Below, in pieces: positions 37,000-45,993 of a DNA stretch of 64,000 nt. Below the pieces are notes generated by a model. It was not told the DNA's origin and did not search any database. It was given only the letters and a program-made list of their open reading frames with translations. The position numbers and the translations under genes are program-made. The stretch spans positions 62,001 to 126,000 of IMG/VR virus record IMGVR_UViG_3300024261_000008. The stretch is one strand, 5' to 3'. Each line of letters starts with the position of its first letter. The first letter of the stretch is position 1. The stretch is from an uncultured virus (IMG/VR IMGVR_UViG_3300024261_000008). Lineage: Duplodnaviria; Heunggongvirae; Uroviricota; Caudoviricetes.

Positions 37000-37904
37000 G
37001 CTATATACGCCTCCTGAATTTTGGTGTTAAATAATTCTGTTACTGCCTCTTGGAATTTACCCATATTGTAGTTCTCATCTAAGAACTTTCTACCTTCTTC
37101 TATATCTGGTCTGTCTTGTGTTAGTAGTTCTTCTATCTTTGGTAATATATTGGCACCATTATTTTCTATCATAATCTGTGGAGTGGTCATCTTACAGCTT
37201 CCTGTTCCGATAACCTTGGCTCCTAGTGCTACAGCACATAGACATTCATAGTTTCCATTAATAGTAGTATCTAGATAAACTTTGCAGTTCTTAACTTTTT
37301 CAGAGAACTCTTCAAAACTAGTAAACTGTTGTACTACCTCTACCGTAAGTCCTTTTTGCTGGGCTGCACCGGCTATCTGTTTACCAAGCAAGCTAGTGTC
37401 ATGCACAAGTAGGTCGGTAGTCTGCTTGATGTCGTCTGTGGTCAACAGATCAAGAGGCACACCATAATTGATTACGGTAGAATTAGGCATATCTCCCCAA
37501 GATTCAGCGATATGCTTATTCATAAAGAGTTTAGTTCTGTTAGCATTCTTCTGAGAACTAATGATATAGTCCTCTCTCTTCATATTAGGTGGCCTCATCT
37601 GATTAAAAACAACAACATTGTTCACATGTCTGTACAAAGAATCTTGTGGAGTATTGTCGTTCAGATCGTTGGTGACAGATAGGGCGTAAGTATTGTCATT
37701 AAAAAAGGGTTCTAACAAAGTCAAAGCCGTTCTGCTAGAAGGATTTTTAAATACATGGTTTTGCATAGGTTGCATATAATATCTGAAGTTAGTCTCAAAG
37801 ATAGCACAATCATTAAGTCCTCCACTTGCTTTAAATATAATGTTGTGTGTTTTTTTGTGGTTTAATGACGATATAATATTTGTTACTGCTCTTGCTAGTT
37901 GCAT
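36996..37904 (-). CDS. Divergent GT-B glycosyltransferase-like protein
   Basis: VINYGVP, CKVYLDTT...ECLCAVALGAKVI, GRKFLDENYNMGKF. Confidence 0.6.
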   Translation of the reverse strand: MQLARAVTNIISSLNHKKTHNIIFKASGGLNDCAIFETNFRYYMQPMQNHVFKNPSSRTALTLLEPFFNDNTYALSVTNDLNDNTPQDSLYRHVNNVVVFNQMRPPNMKREDYIISSQKNANRTKLFMNKHIAESWGDMPNSTVINYGVPLDLLTTDDIKQTTDLLVHDTSLLGKQIAGAAQQKGLTVEVVQQFTSFEEFSEKVKNCKVYLDTTINGNYECLCAVALGAKVIGTGSCKMTTPQIMIENNGANILPKIEELLTQDRPDIEEGRKFLDENYNMGKFQEAVTELFNTKIQEAYIA

Positions 37905-39013
37905 ATTTTCTTTCCTATTGTTTGATAGCTAAATTGGTCCATAGATTCTCTACCTATTTGTCTTTTCTCTTCAAGTGTCTTTCTTTCTTTTTTACTCATT
38001 TCATATACTGTACGCATATGATCAATCATAACATAAATATTAGGACGATACCAATAAGAATTAGCATTATAAATATCAAAGCTATTAGCTAATGTTCTTT
38101 GAGCAGATATCACTGGAGTTTTCTGACTAGAAATAACAAAGCCGTTCTTTTTATTTACAAAATCGGTCATACCTGTATGGTCTGTTACTATAGGAGTCTT
38201 ACCTAAGACAAGTGCTTCTGCTGCTGGTCTACAAAATGCTTCTCCATGAGAAGCCATAACGAAACAGTCACAAGCATTGTGTAATCCTATTAAATCCTTA
38301 TCAGACAGTCTTTCTGTGATGACAAACTCATCTCTTGTCTGCCCAATGTTCAACATCTGTTTATGTTGGTTGAGTGCCTGTTTTACTATTCGTTGTCCTT
38401 CACCACTACTTTTACCGGGAACAGAAGTTTTTATAATTAAGGACACATTTTCATTGTCTCTAAAAGCTAGATTAAAAGCCGTAACCACATCAATTAGATT
38501 TTTTCTCTCAACAAACTCTCCAACATGGTAAAACTTAAAACTGCGATCAATAGATTTTTGCATATTAAGTTTATGGTCTGCATTTTCTTTAAGAAAATCT
38601 AAGTCCAATGCTCCTGAAATAACCTTGCACTTGGTTTTGACTCCTGATTCTTTGACACTTTTAGCTTCCTGCTTGCTTGGCACACAGACTAAATCTAGGT
38701 TATTCAAGATATTCTGGCAAACAGAATCTGAAAGATTAGTGATCTCCATATTAAAAATGCCAACATTCTTTTTTACAGAATTGGTGATGGACATGCTCTG
38801 AGGAAGTAGTTCTTGATAAATTACATCATATTTCGGATATGTGTTTTTCTCGTACTTAGCAATATCTTCGCTAATCTCAACGGACTGCCCAGTATAGAAA
38901 TAGGGTCTAGTTGTTATATTTTCCGTCTGAGTTGCTATAGACCTAATGTAGTCCCTAGCAGACATTCCCCATCCGTCATCTTGTCTGTATGGCCCTATAA
39001 ATAGTGAGTTCAT
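37895..39013 (-). CDS. GT4-family glycosyltransferase
   Basis: FYHVGEFVERKN, CDCFVMASHGEAFCRPAAEALVLG. Confidence 0.88.
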   Translation of the reverse strand: MNSLFIGPYRQDDGWGMSARDYIRSIATQTENITTRPYFYTGQSVEISEDIAKYEKNTYPKYDVIYQELLPQSMSITNSVKKNVGIFNMEITNLSDSVCQNILNNLDLVCVPSKQEAKSVKESGVKTKCKVISGALDLDFLKENADHKLNMQKSIDRSFKFYHVGEFVERKNLIDVVTAFNLAFRDNENVSLIIKTSVPGKSSGEGQRIVKQALNQHKQMLNIGQTRDEFVITERLSDKDLIGLHNACDCFVMASHGEAFCRPAAEALVLGKTPIVTDHTGMTDFVNKKNGFVISSQKTPVISAQRTLANSFDIYNANSYWYRPNIYVMIDHMRTVYEMSKKERKTLEEKRQIGRESMDQFSYQTIGKKICN

Positions 39014-40689
39014 TAAGATTGACCTTTCATGTTTGCATAATTTATGAAATCTTCTGGCGTTAGTTTATCTTCATTTCTCTGTGCATGGACTGCAAAGTTA
39101 TGATTTTTAATATGCATATTAAGTTGTTGTACAATATCTTTTTTAGTAATGCCCTTATTTTGCATTCCCATAATCCTAAAACCATAGTCTAGATCATGAA
39201 TAGCATCAGTAATCACATTAGAACTTAAAAATTGTTCATTGTTGCCCATATGCATACCCGCTAATTGTGTAACATAGTCGTATGCAGAAGTATCTGCCGG
39301 TAGTTCATCTTCTTGAATCTCTTGTACAGGCTGTAGCTGGACATCCCATCGTCCTTGCAGTCCTGTAAGTTGCACATTGTCAAGACATTTTTCCCACTTT
39401 TTGGCAATGTTATCCCAGTTGTAATGTTTTTCTGTGTTTTGTCTGGTCTCAAACTTCTTAGAATCTTTTAACATATCTGGCATGTTGATATATTCTGTAA
39501 GTATCTCTACCAAATGATCATTATCAGGATAGACTCTGATTGCTTTAGTCTCTAATTCTCTAAAGTATTGGTTGATTCTAATTGGGAAACCATTTAGCTT
39601 CTTAACAACATCTTGCATGGCACTGTAGTCTACACTGGCTACAGGAACTCCCGCACTTGCAGCTTCTACTTGTGGCATACCAAACCCTTCGCAGATTGCA
39701 TACTGAACATAAATATCAAATAAGTTGATAATAACATTTAGGTCTTGCTGAGAAATACCATTTGCTACATTTGGCATACTTAATGACTTGTTACCACACT
39801 TTGGACAAAAAGCCATAGGATGCTTAAATCTTGCAGCATGATAAAATCCGCAAACTTTACAGTTGTATGTAAACATAACACGATTGCCTACTTCGTATTC
39901 TTTCAGGTACAAAGGAATATCCCATCCTGCATCTGGATAACTCGTATGGATATGCAAATATGTTTTTGCTGCTTGTGGGTGATTATCTGCATGTAATTTC
40001 TTGACAAACTTATTGAATGCAGAAAACAACTCTGGTATTAATTTACGTTTCTGATTACGGCAAATTGTGCCTACAATAAAAGCATCCTCTTCTATACCCA
40101 TTGCTTTTCGAATGTTCTTGCGTTGCTCTGCTTCTAGGGGCTTAAATACATCTAAGGAAACACCCGGACTAGTAGTATCAATATAATTAATGTGATTATT
40201 AGACTGATCAGCTAGTGTGTCTCTACCAAAATCACTGTAGGTAGTTATTGCGTCAGCGTGTAAGAAAGTGTCGATCCAGCCTTCTTGTTGTGGTGCAGAG
40301 TCCACAGTGGGCATAAGAATCCAGTGAAAGTAAGGCCTAAAGGGTGTGTGTTGTTGATAAGAGTTCATCCAGTAATCACGGACATCGATCACGATATCTG
40401 GCTTGAAATCAATAAGTACACGTTCAAATCTCCAACGACCAAACTGATTTTCTGGAGACTTCATATATGTTTCGTGTCTAGGGTCTCCTTGAGGAACAGC
40501 ATTTGCGTAATACCTCCATTTGATTGTCGAGTCTTTAGGGTCATTTACTTTACCGTAGCAAGCAAATTCTGCAATTTCATACTTGCCTGTAGCATGTAGC
40601 CTTGAGAGAATTTCTTTAGCATATGTGCCAAAACCGGAACTTAAAAAACTAGCCTCAGATACCATCAACACTTTTAATTTTTTTGTCAT
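39013..40689 (-). CDS. GT4-family glycosyltransferase with a zinc-ribbon insert
   Basis: Start at ATG 40689 after AAGGA; SGFG, RNQKRK, FDIYVQYAICEGFGMPQVEAASAGVPV; internal CKVC...CPKC. Confidence 0.88.
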   Translation of the reverse strand: MTKKLKVLMVSEASFLSSGFGTYAKEILSRLHATGKYEIAEFACYGKVNDPKDSTIKWRYYANAVPQGDPRHETYMKSPENQFGRWRFERVLIDFKPDIVIDVRDYWMNSYQQHTPFRPYFHWILMPTVDSAPQQEGWIDTFLHADAITTYSDFGRDTLADQSNNHINYIDTTSPGVSLDVFKPLEAEQRKNIRKAMGIEEDAFIVGTICRNQKRKLIPELFSAFNKFVKKLHADNHPQAAKTYLHIHTSYPDAGWDIPLYLKEYEVGNRVMFTYNCKVCGFYHAARFKHPMAFCPKCGNKSLSMPNVANGISQQDLNVIINLFDIYVQYAICEGFGMPQVEAASAGVPVASVDYSAMQDVVKKLNGFPIRINQYFRELETKAIRVYPDNDHLVEILTEYINMPDMLKDSKKFETRQNTEKHYNWDNIAKKWEKCLDNVQLTGLQGRWDVQLQPVQEIQEDELPADTSAYDYVTQLAGMHMGNNEQFLSSNVITDAIHDLDYGFRIMGMQNKGITKKDIVQQLNMHIKNHNFAVHAQRNEDKLTPEDFINYANMKGQS

Positions 40690-40704
40690 GTTTTGTCCTT
40701 GTGT

Positions 40705-40744
40705 AAAAATGAGAGAGAGGCACGGCATTGTCGGCCTCTCCCTC
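40705..40744 (-). terminator. Probable intrinsic terminator downstream of ssb
   Basis: Minus strand reads GAGGGAGAGGC-N12-GCCTCTCTCTC-ATTTTT: an 11-bp stem with one G-U pair followed by a short U tract. Confidence 0.65.
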
Positions 40745-40775
40745 TTCCGATACTTCTCGCTATTACTACCCCTAG

Positions 40776-41159
40776 TTAAAACGCAGTTACAGAGGCAGTG
40801 TCTTCTGCCTGCTCTGTCGTTTTGATGCGAGACAGTTTAGTAATCTTGGAGAAATTATTGACTCTTACTTTAAGAGTATTGTGCTTTACTCCATCCTTTT
40901 CCCAAGAGTCATTACGCAACGACCCTTCAACCATTACAAGATCACCCTTTGAGAATGAAGCACCGATGATTTCTGCTCCAGAATCCCATGCTTCACAGGG
41001 TACGAATGTAGTAATCTTATCCTTTTCTCCATTGGCCTTAGTATATTCGCGTGAAACTGCGATAGTAAAGTTTACAACAGAGGTACTCTTACCATTACTG
41101 TTTACTTTGCGAACATCAGGGTCTCGGGCCAGATTACCACGTAAAATGTTAATATTCAT
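40776..41159 (-). CDS. ssb: Single-stranded DNA-binding protein
   Basis: ILRGNLARDPDVR...NFTIAV...CEAW...KGDLVMVEGSLRNDSWEKDG: bacterial-type SSB OB fold. Confidence 0.93.
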   Translation of the reverse strand: MNINILRGNLARDPDVRKVNSNGKSTSVVNFTIAVSREYTKANGEKDKITTFVPCEAWDSGAEIIGASFSKGDLVMVEGSLRNDSWEKDGVKHNTLKVRVNNFSKITKLSRIKTTEQAEDTASVTAF

Positions 41160-41202
41160 ATCAATCCTTCTTCCTTGTTAAAATCCAAAACCAATCTATA
41201 CT

Positions 41203-41230
41203 ATAATAGGTGAGACACAACAAGTGTCAA
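41203..41230 (-). promoter_or_regulatory. Sigma70-like promoter TTGACA-N16-TATTAT upstream of ssb
   Basis: Minus strand reads TTGACA cttgttgtgtctcacc TATTAT, beginning 1 nt after the stop of the upstream gene. Confidence 0.65.
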
Positions 41231-41231
41231 G

Positions 41232-42848
41232 TTAATTTTTTGGTAAATAAGCCTTTTCTACAATAAGGCTATCACCATCCCTATTTTTCGACCCTTGTAT
41301 AACAATAACATTGTTTTCAAACAAAATACTACTATAGGTAGAAAATTGTTCAGGAAAGAACACGATACTGTCTATCGAGCCACTACTATCGCTTCCTTCC
41401 ACAAAAGCCATCTTTGCTCCGGGGTTTTTCCCCTTTTTAGTCTTAATAACACCGACATTATCTATCTGTAAAGCGACGACAATCTCGTTGAGTAGACTAT
41501 TATTAAAGTCCTTACATATTGTGTTTGTCATAGATACGTCATACATATCTACTTTAGAACACGTTATCGAACAACCTAAATATTCTTCTTCATTATCGGC
41601 TATCCACTCTGGGCTATCTTCTAGCACATAAGGTGGATTGTCTATAGTATTAATGAAACCTAAGAGTTTTTCTTTTCTCTTACTGCTCATTCTTGGCTTT
41701 TCTATGACGCAGTATATGATATCTTTTAATGAATCATAATTAAGACACGTACTTAACGCATGTTCTTGTTCTTTGGCTGTAAGATCATTTATAAGACCAT
41801 ATTCAAACATCATCTTGGTTCTAGTAAGCCCAAAATAATCTAATGCACCTGACTGTATCAAAGCCTTGACCGCTGTTGAACTTAGCCTTGTCATAACTCT
41901 AAGTACTGTTTGATGCCAATTTAAGTCATTGAGATTAATATTATCTTCTTCTAGTATGGTTCTAAGTTTCTTGTACATAGAACCGCCAAAACCCTTTAGG
42001 TCTGTCAGTCCGAAATAAATTTTCTTATCATGTAGTACAAAATATTCATTCAGCACACGCAAATCAGGCAGATGTACTGTGATCTCCATTTCGCTGGCGT
42101 TTTGTACCAGTTGCTTGATCTCTACTTTGGGATCAATCTTGTCTTTAGCAAAACGTAAATATGAAGCAAAGAATACTCTTGGGAAGTGAGCCTTCGCGTA
42201 TGCGGACAGATATGCGTTCATAGCATAGGACACAGCATGACTTTTATTAAAACTGTATCTCTGGCTTTTTTCAATCCATCCGAATATCTCTTCTGCCTGT
42301 TCTTTTGTGACTAATTTAAGTTTTGCAGAACCGGAGATGAACTTCTTTTTTAGTTTCGCCATTTCTTCTGGTTGCTTTTTACCAATGGCTTTTCTCAGGT
42401 TGTCTGCTTGTTGCAAGTCAAACCCTGCTACCTCTTTTGCAATTTGCATAGCTTGTTCTTGGTAAATCATTTCACCATATGTACTCTTTAGTGCATTTTC
42501 CAACATGGGATGATAATAGTCTACAGACTCTTGCCCGTTCTTTCTGTCGATATAATGATTAGTAACATTCTTGCCATCTCTGTATGCCTGTAGACATCCC
42601 GGTCGTAGAATACTAATTAATGCACTTAATTGTTCAATGTTTTCTGGTTTAAGTTTCTTAGCCACAGATTTTCCAAGCCTAGTCTCCAACTGAAAACATC
42701 CTTTAGTATTACCATCAGATATTAAATCCCAAGTCTTTTGGCAATTCAAATCCAATTCATGGTTTACAGGATCGAAATCAATAGAAGTCTTACCCTCACT
42801 CTCTGTAGCATGAAAACTACAACCACAACTAAATTTTAATACTGTCAT
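41232..42848 (-). CDS. dnaE: DNA polymerase III alpha subunit, C-terminal half (fingers, HhH, OB)
   Basis: TWDLI..G.TKGCFQLE, LRPGCL, TYGEMIYQEQAMQI, ADNLRKAIGKK, YSFNKSHAVSY, IYFGLTDLKGFG, LIQSGALD, C-terminal OB fold. Confidence 0.92.
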   Translation of the reverse strand: MTVLKFSCGCSFHATESEGKTSIDFDPVNHELDLNCQKTWDLISDGNTKGCFQLETRLGKSVAKKLKPENIEQLSALISILRPGCLQAYRDGKNVTNHYIDRKNGQESVDYYHPMLENALKSTYGEMIYQEQAMQIAKEVAGFDLQQADNLRKAIGKKQPEEMAKLKKKFISGSAKLKLVTKEQAEEIFGWIEKSQRYSFNKSHAVSYAMNAYLSAYAKAHFPRVFFASYLRFAKDKIDPKVEIKQLVQNASEMEITVHLPDLRVLNEYFVLHDKKIYFGLTDLKGFGGSMYKKLRTILEEDNINLNDLNWHQTVLRVMTRLSSTAVKALIQSGALDYFGLTRTKMMFEYGLINDLTAKEQEHALSTCLNYDSLKDIIYCVIEKPRMSSKRKEKLLGFINTIDNPPYVLEDSPEWIADNEEEYLGCSITCSKVDMYDVSMTNTICKDFNNSLLNEIVVALQIDNVGVIKTKKGKNPGAKMAFVEGSDSSGSIDSIVFFPEQFSTYSSILFENNVIVIQGSKNRDGDSLIVEKAYLPKN

Positions 42849-43534
42849 GCAAAAGCGTCCTTAAATGTTATTTTTTGTGCCAAACTTCTATGCAGTCTCA
42901 TAAATCTTGTAAGCACTGCTGCTGTGTCCTTAACGTCCTTAATTGCGTCATGAGCACCATCTTTACTAATACCCATATAATCTCTCAGGTTGTCTAGAGT
43001 ATAACTTTTTAGTTCTGGGTTATGCTCAAACCAGTAAAAGACTAGATTAAGCATGTCCACCACATCTCTTGGATAAAAGACTTTGCTGTTTCCTTCTTTA
43101 TTAGTATCTCCGAATTTCTGAGCGAGCCTATTAACGATGGGTAGATCAAATCTATAAATATTATAGCCTGCTGCTATCGGAGCAGTAAACATACTGTGCT
43201 TCTTGGCTTTCATATGGTATTTGTCCAGATAGTCTGTAAACATACGCCATGACTGTTCTTGGCTAGGATACTTTTGCCATTCAGCCTTGACCGCTTCCTT
43301 TGAGCAACCCTTAACCTTGGCATGAAAATCTAAGATGTCTGTCTTATATTCATACTCAGGGTCTTTTTCCATGCACTCTGGTTTAAAATTAGCATTAAAC
43401 TCAGAGTTAGGTATAATTTCAAGACTGACAGGATCAACCATTACGGCAGCAATTTGTACTGGACTACATTTGCTTGGGTTTACCCCATCTGTCTCAAAAT
43501 CAAACACACAAATCTTATTATAATTAATTCCCAT
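42845..43534 (-). CDS. dnaQ: DEDDh 3'-5' exonuclease (DnaQ/epsilon-like)
   Basis: ExoI VFDFETDG, ExoII AGYNIYRFD, ExoIII AHDAIKDV; ATGA-coupled to the dnaE C-half. Confidence 0.85.
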   Translation of the reverse strand: MGINYNKICVFDFETDGVNPSKCSPVQIAAVMVDPVSLEIIPNSEFNANFKPECMEKDPEYEYKTDILDFHAKVKGCSKEAVKAEWQKYPSQEQSWRMFTDYLDKYHMKAKKHSMFTAPIAAGYNIYRFDLPIVNRLAQKFGDTNKEGNSKVFYPRDVVDMLNLVFYWFEHNPELKSYTLDNLRDYMGISKDGAHDAIKDVKDTAAVLTRFMRLHRSLAQKITFKDAFA

Positions 43535-43565
43535 ATCAAATCCTATTCTATGTCCTGATCAAAAT

Positions 43566-43784
43566 CTAAAGTAACTTACGAACTCTTTCTAGTGGCTTAA
43601 TGCCAATCAATTTACCTTTACTGTCTTTGCAATTAGTAAAGCTACAACAGCTTTTACGAACTTCTTTAACTTTGGTCATTTTATTGTCTAATCCACGAAC
43701 AAAATCACCTTCTGTTAGAAATACATCGCCTACACTTAGTTTGCGAAACTGGTGTTGCTCTGTTGCTGGTTTTTCATCTGACAT
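43566..43784 (-). CDS. Small basic hypothetical protein (72 aa)
   Basis: AGGAG RBS and a promoter immediately upstream. Confidence 0.6.
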   Translation of the reverse strand: MSDEKPATEQHQFRKLSVGDVFLTEGDFVRGLDNKMTKVKEVRKSCCSFTNCKDSKGKLIGIKPLERVRKLL

Positions 43785-43813
43785 CTTTATTCTCCTGTAC
43801 TGTACTATATGTT

Positions 43814-43842
43814 ATTATACCCGATAATGAATACACCGTCAA
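43814..43842 (-). promoter_or_regulatory. Sigma70-like promoter TTGACG-N17-TATAAT between the dnaE halves
   Basis: Minus strand reads TTGACG gtgtattcattatcggg TATAAT; the -35 contains the TGA stop of the dnaE N-half. Confidence 0.75.
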
Positions 43843-45713
43843 GCACCTTCTTTCATAAGATCGCTAATGCACATAATCTTATCTAGCATAGCAACCCCTA
43901 GAATATCTAGCTTGATCATTCCAAGACTTTCAAGGTCAGCCATTTCCATGCCAGCAATTACCTGTTTGTTTTTACTGTCATAGACCATCGGACAGATACC
44001 GGCAAGAGGCTCTGCACTGACTGCTATACCAGCAGCATGTTTTGACTGAACCGATTTGGTTCCTTCCAATCTCATAGCTTGTTCAAATCTTTTTGACAAC
44101 GGACCTTCTAATTGACCCTTTTTACCTATATGACACCACTGTTTTAGTTTTTCAGGGTCGTTCTCTAGTGTCCATCTAATAATAGAAGACTCTCCTGTTG
44201 CCTCTTTCATTTCTTGTAATTCATCTGCCACTTTAGACTCTTCAGGAATATTTCTAGTGATATCATTCATTTCTTCAAATGTGATACCTCCAAACACCCT
44301 AAGTACATCTTTTAATGCCCCTCTACCCTTGATAGTACCAAACGTAATCATCTGTGACACCTTATCGTCTCCGTAAGTATCACGAATATACTGAATGACT
44401 TTTTCACGTTTGTCGATAGGTACGTCAACATCAATATCAGGCATAGAGGTATGTTCTGCTGTATTTCTACCAGCATTATAAAACCTATCAAAGATGAGAC
44501 CGTACTTTATAGGGTCAATGGTTGTAATACCAATTAGGTAAGAAACCAAACACCCTGCTGCACTTCCTCGTCCCGGTCCCGGTAGCCATTTGTTTTCACG
44601 TACATGATTCACAATGTCCTGTACAATCAGAAAGTAACTAGATAGGTCTGCACCCTGCAAAACACTTAATTCATACTTGATTCTATCTACATATTTTCCA
44701 TGATCTTCTTTAGGTATATTATTAGCTATCTTATCTCGCCATCCGTCCCTGCATAGTTGACGCAAATACTCTCCGTCATCTTTGGCTTCTGGACAGGGAA
44801 ACGGAGGCAGATTTGGCTTACTTAATATGTCATACTCTTCACACATGTCAGAAACAACATTAGTGTTTGCTAGTTCTTCTTCTGTGTGCAGGGCATTCAT
44901 TTCTTCTTGATCTAATATATGAAAATTATCAGATTTAAAAAAGGCATCCAAACCAATAGACTCGCCATTGGACATCTTCCTATTTACCTCTGAGAAGGTC
45001 GTTTTTAAATTATTGCACAAAAGCACCCTTTGATCAACTGCGTCTGTCTTACGGCAATAATGAGCGTCTGGAGTTGCTACAATCCTATTGCCTGTAATCT
45101 TTGCTAGTTCTCTGATACAGTCTGTGAGTTTGTCCTGTAGAGGAATATTCTCATGATCCATCAACTGTGCTTCTAAGAAGAAGTTTTCTTTACCAAACAT
45201 ATGGTTTAACTTACTGACTAGTCTAGTGCCGACATTTTTCCAATTCGGGTCTATGTCGTCTCCCTGCACTAAATACCTAGCCAGCGTTGATCCTAGATGA
45301 CCACATATTCCTATAATATTACCATCAATAAAATTAGATAATGTATCTAGGTCTAATCTAGGCTTTCTGTAAAAATGCTCAGGAAGGTTTGCTTCTGATG
45401 TTAGTCTAATTAATTGTTTCCATCCTTTAAAATTTTTAGCCAGCAGGAGGAAGTGACTCAACTTTGCATTATCTTTGTCTTTGATTTTGCAGTCTTGTTC
45501 ACAGACATAGATTTCTTGTCCAAGTATGGGTTTTATTCCTTGTTTTTTCATCTCTGAGTAAAACTTGATCGCACCGGCAATGTTACCGTGGTCTGTTAAT
45601 GCACAGGATGTCGCACCAATTTCAATACATCTCTCTGCCATGTCTGCTGGTTTGCTCATACCGTCAAGTAGGCTATACATACTGTGGCAGTGAATCGGTT
45701 GGTAAGTTATCAT
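43839..45713 (-). CDS. dnaE: DNA polymerase III alpha subunit, N-terminal half (PHP, palm, thumb)
   Basis: HCHSMYSLLDG, ALTDHG, DAHY, GPGRGSAAGCLVSYLIGIT, PDIDVD, SKHAAG, KLDILG. Confidence 0.95.
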   Translation of the reverse strand: MITYQPIHCHSMYSLLDGMSKPADMAERCIEIGATSCALTDHGNIAGAIKFYSEMKKQGIKPILGQEIYVCEQDCKIKDKDNAKLSHFLLLAKNFKGWKQLIRLTSEANLPEHFYRKPRLDLDTLSNFIDGNIIGICGHLGSTLARYLVQGDDIDPNWKNVGTRLVSKLNHMFGKENFFLEAQLMDHENIPLQDKLTDCIRELAKITGNRIVATPDAHYCRKTDAVDQRVLLCNNLKTTFSEVNRKMSNGESIGLDAFFKSDNFHILDQEEMNALHTEEELANTNVVSDMCEEYDILSKPNLPPFPCPEAKDDGEYLRQLCRDGWRDKIANNIPKEDHGKYVDRIKYELSVLQGADLSSYFLIVQDIVNHVRENKWLPGPGRGSAAGCLVSYLIGITTIDPIKYGLIFDRFYNAGRNTAEHTSMPDIDVDVPIDKREKVIQYIRDTYGDDKVSQMITFGTIKGRGALKDVLRVFGGITFEEMNDITRNIPEESKVADELQEMKEATGESSIIRWTLENDPEKLKQWCHIGKKGQLEGPLSKRFEQAMRLEGTKSVQSKHAAGIAVSAEPLAGICPMVYDSKNKQVIAGMEMADLESLGMIKLDILGVAMLDKIMCISDLMKEGA

Positions 45714-45725
45714 AAGTTCTCCAAA

Positions 45726-45929
45726 TTAGTATTCGTCTGAAAAGTTTCCATCAAGTTCTCCATCGCTCACAATATCCATTGCACCCAACATGCATATGGT
45801 ATCCATGAATTCGTCATTGTTCTCGTCATCGTCGTTTTGTTGATCGTTTTGCTTCTTTGATTTCTCAGCAGGACTGAAAGCACAATATGCACAAAATAAA
45901 GCAAGCAAAATCCATAGTATCGATTCCAT
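45726..45929 (-). CDS. Small membrane-anchored or secreted acidic protein (67 aa)
   Basis: GGAG RBS; hydrophobic N-terminus ILWILLALFCAYCAF; acidic tail; promoter upstream. Confidence 0.55.
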   Translation of the reverse strand: MESILWILLALFCAYCAFSPAEKSKKQNDQQNDDDENNDEFMDTICMLGAMDIVSDGELDGNFSDEY

Positions 45930-45965
45930 AATTTATTCTCCAAAAACAATTCAAAGTTCTCTTCT

Positions 45966-45993
45966 ATTGTAACACATTCTGACTACTTGTCAA
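45966..45993 (-). promoter_or_regulatory. Sigma70-like promoter TTGACA-N16-TACAAT with extended -10 TG
   Basis: Minus strand reads TTGACA agtagtcagaatgtgt TACAAT; the -35 contains the upstream TGA stop. Confidence 0.7.

Noticed and set aside
40690..40728. ORF-track N-terminal extension of the GT4 gene
   Set aside because: It runs through the terminator hairpin; the ATG at 40689 has an RBS and begins the GT fold.
40798..41181. 127-aa antisense ORF over ssb, and the many other 60-145 aa antisense or nested ORFs
   Set aside because: They are shadows of well-supported genes on the other strand or frame, with no motifs or RBS support.
43839..43875. CISDLMKEGA at the end of the DnaE N-half resembles a split-intein start
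   Set aside because: It is only 10 aa and aligns with the normal helix after KxDxLG; the C-half has no intein body or HN-C/S/T junction.
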